From Neoechinorhynchus agilis (lineage: Eukaryota > Animalia > Acanthocephala), in the NCBI GenBank assembly GCA_051530055.1, contig CM121341.1:11200784-11264783 (forward strand): a stretch of 64,000 nt of DNA, written 5' to 3'. Below, piece after piece: positions 50,523 to 60,740 of the stretch. Position 1 is the first letter of the stretch. Each line of letters starts with the position of its first letter. Under the pieces are notes generated by a model. It saw only the letters and a program-made list of their open reading frames with translations, had not been told where the DNA came from and did not search any database. The translations under genes and the position numbers were made by a program.

Positions 50523-52040
50523 ATGTCGTTAGAAGAAGGTGACCGGTATCTTTCCGCTTATCAGGACCATGAAGCTCTCAAACATTTTTTGAAATCGCCG
50601 GATCAGACTAATGTTGCTGTGATCATCAGAATTGCAGAAGCCTACTTTAATCTCTTAATGCTTAGCAAATCGATACAATACTCGGACCTGTGCATTAAGC
50701 TGGACAACTCAATAGTGAAGGCTTATGTTTTGAAAGCGAATGCTCAGAGACATCTCAGTCGGTTTAGAGAGTCATATGAAACACTGAGAAACGCTCTCAG
50801 TGTTTGTGGGACGCCGGCAGACGGAGAAGTACTCAAATCACTTTCACTGCTTGTTGCGAAGATAAACACTGAGAAAGCGGACAAAGTTGAACAAGAAGAA
50901 ATCAAGACGTTGTTAAAGAAACTAAGGAGCGGAAGGTTACAAATAATTGATATTATTGGTAACTCAGAATTTATGGATTTATTATGCTCTCTTTTTGATG
51001 ATGCCGATAGCACAGTTTTTACCGATGAATCTTTTGACAAACGGATAGATGAATTGAAAAATGCGGACGAAGCAAAGGCTTTGGGGAACGAGTTTTACAA
51101 ATCAAAGCGGTTTTCAGAGGCTGTTCAATGTTATGATCGTGCTATATGTCTGAAACCATCAATAATGGCTTTCTATTCGAACAAATCTGCGGTTTATTAT
51201 GAGATTAGCGAGTTTGACAAATGCAGACAATTGTGTACGAAAGCAGTAGAAGTTGGTCGTCTTCAGAAAGAAGATTTTAAGTCGATTGCTCGGGTGTTAG
51301 CAAGGGTTGCGAGGTCGTATGTAAAGGAAAATGAATATCAAGAAGCTCTAAGGTACTTTGATCGTTCATTAGCTGAACATAGGAACCAGGATGTTCTTAA
51401 AGAACGGTCTCAAGCAACAAAAAAGTTGGAAGAGATGGCTAAGCTTAAAATGTACGATCCAGAGTTAGCTGAAAAGGAGAAGATTAAGGGCAATGAATTA
51501 TTCCAAAAAGGAGATTATCCTTCTGCTCTTAAACACTATTCTGAAGCAATCAAGCGGAATCCGGACGATGCTCGGTACTACAGTAATCGGGCTGCTTGTT
51601 ACGCGAAGCTGATGGAATTTGAAATGAGTCTGAAGGATTGTGACAAATGTATCGAGCTTGATCCAAAGTTTATAAAGGCTTATCTCAGGAAAGGTTCTGC
51701 TTTGATTGCGTTGAGACAATATGCACGAGCTCAATCCGCTTATGAAGGCGCTCTGGAGTTGGATCCAAGTTGTCAAGAAGCGCGAGATGGCGTTTGGCAA
51801 AGCACAATGAAGAGTCGCTCGGATGGAGGTGATGTAAGAGGTAATGAAGAGGATATTGCTAAGAGAGTAATGGAAGATCCGGAGGTAGCCCAAATAGTTT
51901 CCGACCCAGCAATGCAGTTGATTCTTTCACAAATGCAAGATGATCCTACTGCTCTCAGAGAACATCTAAAGAATCCCGAAATTAGGAAAAAAATACAAAA
52001 ACTAATTCAAGCTGGGGTCATTCGCGTGCAACCAAAATGA
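50523..52040 (+). CDS. STIP1: Stress-induced phosphoprotein 1 / Hop (intronless; degenerate TPR1-DP1)
   Basis: TPR2A (AKALGNEFYK...FYSNKSAVY), TPR2B (EKIKGNELFQKGDY...YYSNRAACY...KAYLRKG) and DP2 (DPEVAQIVSDPAMQLILSQMQDDP). Confidence 0.92.
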   Translation: MSLEEGDRYLSAYQDHEALKHFLKSPDQTNVAVIIRIAEAYFNLLMLSKSIQYSDLCIKLDNSIVKAYVLKANAQRHLSRFRESYETLRNALSVCGTPADGEVLKSLSLLVAKINTEKADKVEQEEIKTLLKKLRSGRLQIIDIIGNSEFMDLLCSLFDDADSTVFTDESFDKRIDELKNADEAKALGNEFYKSKRFSEAVQCYDRAICLKPSIMAFYSNKSAVYYEISEFDKCRQLCTKAVEVGRLQKEDFKSIARVLARVARSYVKENEYQEALRYFDRSLAEHRNQDVLKERSQATKKLEEMAKLKMYDPELAEKEKIKGNELFQKGDYPSALKHYSEAIKRNPDDARYYSNRAACYAKLMEFEMSLKDCDKCIELDPKFIKAYLRKGSALIALRQYARAQSAYEGALELDPSCQEARDGVWQSTMKSRSDGGDVRGNEEDIAKRVMEDPEVAQIVSDPAMQLILSQMQDDPTALREHLKNPEIRKKIQKLIQAGVIRVQPK

Positions 52041-52416
52041 TGAGAAAAGTGACTACAAGTAAAGAAAACAGATTTTTGGACGGTAGTCATTTTGATAAGA
52101 ACTTGATTTCGATATGGTAATTTTTGAACATAGGCTCAATATTATAAAGATTTTTTATGCATTATCAAGAACGAACATTCACATCCCTAAACATTTGTAG
52201 CGTTTAAAGTATTATGATTTCTTACTTTTATTCTATTTTGCGATAAATCTAATCAATATTTACTTTTGATCTTAACAAAAGAAGCCAGCTTTCGATCTCT
52301 TAAAAGTACATGGGTCTAATTTCTGAAGCACAAGTAATAAAACGTGTTATTATCGTGTTCAAACACCGCTTACTTGTCGATACGTGAGGAGGTACCAAAG
52401 TATATGATTAGAATTA

Positions 52417-52496
52417 CTATTTAGAAGTCATTACCGGCAAAGAATTTTTTATAAAAACGTTCTGTGAACCTTGTCGAGTTCATCATCAGTTTGTTT
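52417..52496 (-). repeat. Single arm of the 53.2/60.5 kb foldback family
   Basis: acgttctgtgaaccttgtcgagttcatcatcagtttgtt matches the left arm of 53217-53425. Confidence 0.75.
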
Positions 52497-52899
52497 GTAT
52501 CACTAGTTTATGATCATTCTCTATATTGAATTTTCGCCCCAATAGATAGTAATGGAATCGTTTTGCTGCAAAAACTATAGAAATCGTTTCTTTTTCGATA
52601 GTTGCATATTGCACTTTAATAATAACACGTTATATTTGTGATTCACAAAGAGGACTCATTTACCTTTGGGTCCTCATCCGACGGATGCGGATTATATGAT
52701 TGATCCGGTTTGGATGATGGATCCCGTGTGGATGACGGCCGACGACGACGAGAAAGAGGCCGGCCTCAATAACTTGGGTCTAAATATAACCTGCTTCTTG
52801 AAACCATCACATTCTTGAAATATAACGGCACTATAACCGGGCACCTTAAAATCATAAGATACAATTTTTTGAGCCTTTGCGGTACTTCCTTTTATCTCT

Positions 52900-53652
52900 T
52901 CCTACACTTTGTAGCTTATTATCTCACTTCAAAATCCTTTCTTTTCTTAGCAGCTCGTAAAGGAATTCTTCAATATTTCCAACCCTGGGACATATTTTTA
53001 TTGGAACGTGGCCTTACCCAGGAAGCACTTCAACTCGTCCTTATTTGTTGGAGTCGCTACATTCATTATATCCCTAATTTTCCGTTCGTCCGGCTTCACC
53101 CATGCTTTTCCCAATTTGTGTCCCAAATAGGTCACCTTTGATTCCATAAATTTGCATTATTTGTCTTTCAAATTATACCCTTACTGTCGATATACGAAGT
53201 ACCGGGGAATGTGATTGGAATTTATGTTTAGATCTTCACCCGGTAAATGATTATTTACTAAAGACGTTCTGCGAACCTCGTCGGGTTCATCATCAGTTTG
53301 TTAGTAATAAACTCTATCGATCTGAGTCTATTACTAGCAAACAAACTGATGATGAACCTGACGAGGTTCGCAGAACGTCTTTAATAAATAATCATTTACC
53401 TGGTGAAGACCTAAACATAAATTCCTAAAATCGTAGTGCCTCCCACCGATTAGAGATATGAATTGCATCGTCATTCCTGGTTACAATTGTAATCTCGAGA
53501 TGCATCCCAATATTCTTGTCATCTTTCAGCATCTCATCGACGATTTGCTGCAATGATTGTAAAGAATTTGTCAATCCGAATGGCAATTGTTTGTATTTGA
53601 ACAAACTGAGAAGCGTGCAGATTAAGCATAACCTGCTGCTCTCCTCATTCAA
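52900..53652 (-). mobile_element. Ty3/gypsy reverse transcriptase relic, interrupted by a foldback element
   Basis: LFKYKQLPFGLTNS...LQQIVD (53652-53425) and VTYLGHKL...KPDERKI...ELKCFLG (about 53150-52960). Contains stops. Confidence 0.7.
53217..53425. repeat. 209-bp foldback element with a hammerhead-like core
   Basis: Near-perfect inverted arms of about 85 bp. The right arm contains ctgatga-t-gaacct-gacg-aggttc-gcagaacgtc (53346-53379). Confidence 0.9.
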
Positions 53653-54039
53653 CTGTGATTGTAGATATAGTAAAATTTAATTTTAAAGTAATAATTTTTC
53701 CAAAACAACGTTCAATGGCTGTAATTTCTGAGCACCTTCATTCACAAATAATTTTTGCAACCGTGCACACTAAATTTGATTTAACAAGTGTTTTTGGTTT
53801 CGATTATGCTGTTAAGTTGTTAAACAGAAAAAGCTGTTTAAAATTTACTTTCGCTTCTACGGCAAGCCAAATCAAACAAGGCAAATTTAGAATAATTTTA
53901 CAAAATATACTTGAATTTAAATCTTCGACGCATATCGTTCAACGCTTCATGATCATGCGCACAATGTTTGCCGATTCTATCTTTCCCCGCGCATAAAAGA
54001 CTTGTATTGTCGTAAATGAAAGACAAAATTGATCATTTA

Positions 54040-54288
54040 TCATCGTGGATCTCGGTCGACGCCACCGTGTTCAATACTGCCATATGCCAGATTAATTCGA
54101 AAGGAACGTTTTTTGAATGTGCCTTCGTACTTGAACTTTGATTTGAATTTCGGAATCGAGGGGTTTGCATTTAGTTGAGAATGGTCATCTTCCGCACATA
54201 AAAAGGGTATTTCTTGGTTGCAAGCACCAAATTGGAGGAGTGAGCTTTCGCATAGGAGTAATATAACAGGCAAAAGAATAATCCGCAT
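54040..54288 (-). CDS. Possible small secreted protein (82 aa)
   Basis: Signal-peptide-like MRIILLPVILLLCES and an internal KKR site. May splice further. Confidence 0.35.
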   Translation of the reverse strand: MRIILLPVILLLCESSLLQFGACNQEIPFLCAEDDHSQLNANPSIPKFKSKFKYEGTFKKRSFRINLAYGSIEHGGVDRDPR

Positions 54289-54438
54289 GACAACTTTTTT
54301 AGTCTGATATGACTGCAAGATATACTCATAGTAAGACGTGATGGTTTGCTGCCGTGATTATCAGAATACAAAACCAACCTCAAAAGTCGACAGTTCTAAT
54401 CTACAGCGGATTCTCGAGTTTGAAAATTGAATTATTTA

Positions 54439-54900
54439 TGTTTGTTTATGGCGAAAAAATTGAAGGAGTTTTATTAAATCCAATATTTCGGAACAATATC
54501 GTGCCTTTATCAAGGTCTAAAATCCACACATAGCTGATGGTTAAATTCATACTGTACTTAGATTTAGTTCTAAGTTCAACCTGGAGAATGAATATGGCCT
54601 CTATTATCACTCGATCCCATTGGGATTCACATCGGGTCAAAATGGCGGCATTGTCGATATCCATGACGTGGCCTTGTTGTGCAAAATGGTTGAGTATTGC
54701 GGAACTGGCATTGGTACCTCTCTCCTCAGAGCAGATTTGCGTTCTTTGGTTCTCCTTTCCAAATTGATTGTTTGGCCCGCATAAGACTTTTTACACTCGG
54801 TACAGGGAATTCTGTACACTACTCCTTTGCTTTCATGTTCGTATACAACAATGAAGGTCTTTGGATTCAGCTTTTATGATATTGTTAATTGCAGTGAACA
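54439..54900 (-). mobile_element. Penelope-like GIY-YIG fragment
   Basis: YRIPCTECKKSYAGQT.NLERRTKE, then DIDNAAIL...DRVIIEAIFI...DKG. Confidence 0.8.
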
Positions 54901-55133
54901 GCTCATTATCGACGAAATGAAAGCCCTTCGTTTCGGCTTCTGGCACACTGTTTTCCTTTCATAGAAGACTGCAACTAGCTCTTCTTATAATATAGATTTG
55001 AGCATATTCCTAAGAAACTCTAACTCATTATTGAGAGAGTCTTGGTTGGAGAAAATGGCCTTTATTTACTGACAATCTGATAAAAGGAGCGAAAAAAGCT
55101 CAACGATTAAGCTCCATGGTGAAGAAACGAGAT

Positions 55134-55424
55134 GAGGTACCGATGCCAGTTCCGCAATACTAAACCATTTTGTTAAACAAGGCCAGTTGACAATGCCACC
55201 ATTTTGGCGCAGTCCAAATGGGATCGAGTGATAATAGAGGCCATATTCATTCTCCAGGTTGAAAAAGTTGAATGGAGAATAAGGTACACTTAGAACTTAA
55301 TCTAAGTGCAGTGTGAATTTAACCATCAGCTACGTGTGGATTTTAGACTTTGATAAAGGCGCGAGATTGTTCCGAAATATCGGATTTAATAAAACTCCTT
55401 CAATTTTTCCGCCATAAACAAACA
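55134..55424 (+). mobile_element. Inverted copy of the Penelope-like 3' region
   Basis: High-identity reverse complement of 54439-54722, with small indels. Confidence 0.85.
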
Positions 55425-56135
55425 TTAGGAATACTGCATTTCGATTCGAATAACATCACTTCTAATCAAACGTAAACTTATCTACACAAGAACAATTCGA
55501 GTAAAACTAAATAACGACATACAAAGAAACTACTTACTGAAAATTACAAGAAAGGGTGTTTCATTAACCATTTAAATATTTTCACTATTTTACGACCGAA
55601 ATGAAAATGAAACTTGAAGAAATTAGACATTTTTATCCATTAACTGTGATTGGTTGCTAATGATTGAACGTAATTTTGAGCTTATGCGAAAAAGTGTAAT
55701 TTCAAATTCTTGTCTTTAAAAACCAATTTCCATTTCTTCCACTCATCGAAAGTGATAAACCAAAGCAGCTACTTATTACCTGGTTTCGTGATTAGATGAT
55801 GATTTTTCAGCCATCCTCGTGTAAACTTTTCAAGGACAAATATGTATACCATTGATGTCTTTAAAGCAGTAACAAAATATTCATCGTAAGTATGAATGAG
55901 AAAACGCTCATAACGATTTTGCAGTACTAGTGTAATATGATCATGAAGCCGCATTATTAATTGCAAATAGGGAACCAGGATAAAGCTTCATTTTTTCAAA
56001 GACCGAACGAACCCAGACGTTTTTCAGCGACAGTCATCGATAAAGGATCTTTTGGATTTTTCTCCTAGAATATTGTTCTTATAATGATTCAGTAAATAAT
56101 AAAATAAAAAATTAATGTTAGTGATTTTTCTCATT

Positions 56136-57845
56136 TTATTTTGTTTGGCCTTTCGACGAAAAATCGTACTCCGTGAATCCCTGTCCAAAATGTATTCGCC
56201 TGCCATCATGCTGCTGAGAAGTATAATTACCATCAAGCGAACTCTTGAGACTTCGTTTACCGAGTTCATTGGCCACTTCCCTTTCAACCTTTTCGGCGAT
56301 TTCTCTTAAGCCCACACTATTTTCACTTCCTTCAAGAAGATCTTTATATCTACGAATCTCAGCTTTGAATGTTTCATTGGATTGATTAATATCAGTAAAC
56401 TCCCTCCGAAAATCCTCAAGATTACCGTTTCGTTGCATCAAATCTTTTCGAAACGCCTCAATTCTAACCGCACGATCATTATCGTCTTTACTGATCTTCG
56501 ACTTCAATTCATTAATACGTGCCTGCATATTTTTATTATCGGAAACTAACTGATCTATCAATCAATCAAAGTACATCCCAGAACTTTGATTGAATTTTTA
56601 TACGTCTACTAGTTTTCCGCGCAATTGCTGTCTGAGATTAATCTCCGAAAATCTCGATTCAGCTGTCAAACCAGGCTCAAGCTTAATCTTCTCGACTTCT
56701 TGCCATTGCTTTGACATAAGATCTCTGTAGGTCTGGAGGTATTTATTTTTCAACTGATTTCTATGTTCAATAAGATTATTATCGTATTCGCGTTGGATTT
56801 GTTGAACGGCGTCTGCAATTTCGCCTCGAAATACGTCGGCTTGACTTCCGAAATCATCTTTAGTTGCAATGGCAGATCCGGTGCTTGTACTGTGTAATAA
56901 CGAAGTCAAATCGTCGCTCAGTTTCATCTTTTTCGCAATCAAAGTGCTTTTTGCTTTAATCTCGTTCTGAATCTGGTTGTTAATGCAAACATTCTCGTCG
57001 CTCAGCTCTTTTGATTGGGTATTCATCAACGATATTTCATCCAAGGTGTCCACTAGTTCCCGTCTATGGCTTAAGCTCTTTTATTTTCTCTTCATCAGAG
57101 GTGGATAGTTTGCAGCGGACCGTATATTAATCCGGGTAAGGTAAAACAGGCTTCGAACAGCTTGAAATGTATATAGAAAAGTATAGAACAAAGCGCAGCG
57201 CTTTTTTATTCTCACCTGAATTCACCGTCTACTGACCTATTTTCAATTCAAATATTATTCAAAAAATACAGGGCCTTTCGCTATATTCACTAAGCATATG
57301 TTGTAGAGCTTAATTGCCTCGCCATAAACAAAAAGAGCCAATGCCGTAAGCATCAGTAGCTCCGTTTCGATTTTTGCTTCCCGTTGTCTAAGAGTGGTCA
57401 AGTCGACGTCGGTGACATGGAGCGCAAGTGCTTGAGCGTCTAAAGCAGCTAGTTCATTTTTAGCAGTTGCCAGGTTTTCTTCAATCTCAGCTTTTTCCTT
57501 TTTGATGTCCTCCAGAAGTCGAATAGCGTCTTTGATTTCATTTAGATAAAGTTCCTTTTGACTTGGCACTTTCAAACTCTGTCGTTTTTTTCGGGCGAAC
57601 CCTAACTGCATTTCTATCCATTTGTTTCTAACTTCTAGAAACTTTATCCTTTCTATATAATTAGCAAATTTATAATTAAGCTGAGAAAGTTCACTTCGTT
57701 CTCCACTAAGGATATTAGATCCAGATTCCGAAATTCGAAATTCTTGTGATAAATCCTTATTGCGCATAATCATGTTAAGTGAAGACCGTGAAAATCCTGG
57801 ATTATTTAGGTTTCCGAAATAGCTATTTCTTCTTAAATATGACAT
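56136..57845 (-). CDS. Cytoplasmic intermediate-filament protein (invertebrate type), with an interrupted coil 1B
   Basis: Coil 1A ELSQLNYKFANYIERIKFLE; LRGKLVD|LVSDNK joined by a short GT-AG intron; coil 2 end AEIRRYKDLLEGSENSVGLREIAEKV. Irregular region at 57348-57070 (see findings). Confidence 0.8.
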
Positions 57846-58044
57846 TGGTAACCGCCGAAAGGGGAACAGCGTTTGAATAAGAAAGGGGTGTGAGTTGCGC
57901 GCTGCAACGAGGCGGGATATACAAAGTCCTGTAAGAACTAATGAGTAATATTTTAGTGAACGTTCAACACACTACGCCTAAAAGTGCGACAGAAAAATGA
58001 ATAATCGGTTGACACTTGCATTAAACGCCGTATAACGAAAAAAA

Positions 58045-58560
58045 TCAATGTTTATTCTTTGATTGTAATCTCCTCTTCATATACCTCCCAGGTCGACTCC
58101 GAATTCTCCAGTCAATCGACTGAGGCGGTCTGTAAGGTCGATGATCAGGAACTCGCTTCACATCGCGGAGAGCTTCATGCTTGAGACTGTAAGTCAAATA
58201 CTCCAACATGTCAACCGTTTCTCGGAATTTGTTATATTCATTCCATGTCATACAAACTTTATCTTGCATTTCATTGCGCTCTGCTGATGATTTGGGCACG
58301 AGTCGGTCAGCCAATCTACTTAATGGTGATGGTGGTTGTTCGCCTCTTGAGAGAATGGACAATCGAGTTGCCGCAGCTCCGTCTCGTTGATATGATGGAT
58401 TCGGTGGGTATATGGTTAAGTCACGTTGGTGCTTTAGTCGGTGGGCTCGTCGCATACTAATTTCGAGCGATGATTGGTTATGGGTGGGCAAGCTGGATGA
58501 TCGTGTGAAACGCATGCTGTCGGTGCCGTTGATGGAAAGAAGTGCACAGTCTTGATACAC
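58045..58560 (-). CDS. Hypothetical protein, about 171 aa
   Basis: Open frame with protein-like composition. No recognised domain; start uncertain. Confidence 0.35.
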   Translation of the reverse strand: MYQDCALLSINGTDSMRFTRSSSLPTHNQSSLEISMRRAHRLKHQRDLTIYPPNPSYQRDGAAATRLSILSRGEQPPSPLSRLADRLVPKSSAERNEMQDKVCMTWNEYNKFRETVDMLEYLTYSLKHEALRDVKRVPDHRPYRPPQSIDWRIRSRPGRYMKRRLQSKNKH

Positions 58561-58686
58561 TTGCTGGACTCCACAACTCTCACAAGTTGAGTCTTTAAGT
58601 TCATCTGAACCGAGAGACTCATAGCTCTCGGGAGAAAAAATTAATACTTTGAAGAATTCTATCCATTTGTTCCTTCGAGTGGATGT

Positions 58687-58945
58687 GTATTCTCAATGGC
58701 GAATTGTAACACACTCGAGTTTTATTATTGAAATCTTCATTGCGAATTTTCAAGGCCTCAGCTTATTTCTCAAGCATCTAAAAACAGATGTGGCGAGGGG
58801 AAGCCTAAGTTGGTAGCCTAGACTAGGGTACGCGGGACAGTCGATATCCTTTTTTAGATGCTTGAGAAGAAGGCTGATGCCTTGAAAATTCGCAAGGTTG
58901 GCTTCAATAAAACTCGAGTATGTTACAATTCGCCATTGAGAATAC
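58687..58945. repeat. Foldback element, arms about 95 bp
   Basis: 58687-58784 pairs imperfectly with 58851-58945. A 15-bp direct repeat aatactttgaagaat lies at 58643-58657 and 58941-58955. Confidence 0.85.
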
Positions 58946-59510
58946 TTTGAAGAATCTTCGATCTCATCAGCATACAGCTACGCATTTTCTGGCGATATTT
59001 CATCCGTTAAACCAATTCAACGATCTTAATCGTCATCCATAATAAGTTTAATTTGTCAAGGTTCACTTAAAAGAAATTAAGGTGGCATATGCCTGACATA
59101 ACCACAGTTTGGCTCGTTCTTAAAAGAAATACAAGACGCATATGAAGCGCATTATGACAACAAATAAGGGATTGATGGATGATATGGGTACCTACATGCG
59201 ATTCATGGCAAAGAATATGAAGATAGGATCGATTTTCGCTGTTTTATCGACGCGCAACACCCGGCCCGATTTCGTTTTGTTATAAACTTAGTGATATAGT
59301 TGTTTCAGGTTGAGATCATGTCCCATTGTTTGCGTTCATTTGGAATTCTGAGGACATATCCAGTTTATAGATCGGTGCACGCTCTTAGGAATTTGATAAC
59401 GATATTTTAAACGCCAACAAGATAGAAGCCAACAAGTATTCAATACCGTACGGATGAAAGACCTTCCCACAATTTAGAACCGGAGTATGACCTTATCTAC
59501 TATGAGTCTC

Positions 59511-60141
59511 TCAGTCTACTCCCCAAGTATCTAAAGTTCTGTATTTAACTTGAAGGATACAACTATTGCAGGTAACGTAATATGGAATCCGAACACTAAA
59601 AAGACCGTGATCTGGGGCGTGTTGCTTATCAATGTTTACCTGAAGGTATAGGTTCTATTACTCCGGATATCATCTTCACTTACGTAAATTCTAGTTCTGT
59701 TCACGTTATTAATATTAAGAATTTGCCTGTTGAAACATTCTTGTTCAATCGCTGCATGATCATTTAGTTTACAAATTCTGAACTCTAGCCACGCTGGTCT
59801 GAAATAGTCCACTTTAACGTGAATACGTAAATTTGAGTTTGCTGACACTGAAGTTTTGTGTGAAGTGACATTTGAAAACAGGTCTGAAACATTCTTTATA
59901 GTGTTACCGGTAAACGGATCGCCGCATATTCCGCATCTTTCCCCTTCGAAAAGATGGGTTGCAAAACTAGAATCAAATGAGAATACTCACCTGTCCGCTG
60001 TAGATGGTCAAGTCCACCGCAGTTGGTTTGGGAACTTCTTCGTTTGATGGGTACTGGTTCAACTATTTCAAACGACTCGCAGAGCACTGGAATCCAGTGG
60101 AGTAAAACAACCACTGCAGCGATGGTTGTCGATGTGATCAT
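59511..60141 (-). CDS. AA15-type LPMO / chitin-binding type-4 homolog lacking the His-brace; exons 60141-59991, 59943-59640, 59595-59511
   Basis: Signal peptide, then NCGG...RCGICGD, LEFRIC...EQECF, IP..VTCNSCILQVKY...TWG. GT-AG introns of 47 and 44 nt keep the frame. A possible further exon (RACTDL) lies near 59365-59385. Confidence 0.75.
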
Positions 60142-60549
60142 CGGTTCGTATGACTTTGCAATATTGAGTACAAATGCCGTTTAGCAGAATTGAAGAGCAA
60201 ACATACGGCGAAGTGGTAGACAAAGGAACCAAAAATGCGTTCTTTTTCTCTATTAAGTGTGTCGGCGGTGCCGATATGTCTTGTTGGTGGCGGAGTGCTG
60301 CATATTTACTGATTTGGGAGGTGTGTGTCAACGTCCAATGTCGCCGAACTCTGAGATTAATACTCATGTGTTGGTGCCGTAGCCGAACGCTCCAGAAAGC
60401 AGACAACAAATATATATATACGCACGCAACATACCGGAACCGTTTTTAGGAACGTCAAGGTCGTCGATCGATTTGATGATAGGTTTTGTGTGCGTGCCTT
60501 TGGGCCAATATTGTTCATATTTGTGCTGATTTCGAGAAATGTATAAAAT

Positions 60550-60740
60550 TAATAATTATTTGTTAGAAGTCTTCACCCGCGATAAATGATTATTTCGATT
60601 AAAAACCTACTGCGAACCTCGTCGAGTTCATCATCAGTTAAAAAATACAAAGAACTGACGATGAACTCTACGAAGTTAGCAGAGCGCTTTTAATCGAAAT
60701 AATCATTTACCGGGTGAAGACTTCTAAAAAATAGTAATAA
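60550..60740. repeat. Foldback element of the same family as 53217-53425
   Basis: ttagaagtcttcaccc...gttcatcatcagtt pairs with aactgacgatgaac...gggtgaagacttctaa. Confidence 0.85.

Noticed and set aside
52665-52770. Possible minus-strand exon (GRPLSRRRRPSS...DEDPK|gtaaat)
   Set aside because: No partner exons could be identified.
59967-59990. 24-nt micro-intron in the LPMO-like gene
   Set aside because: It does not restore the frame; the 47-nt intron does.
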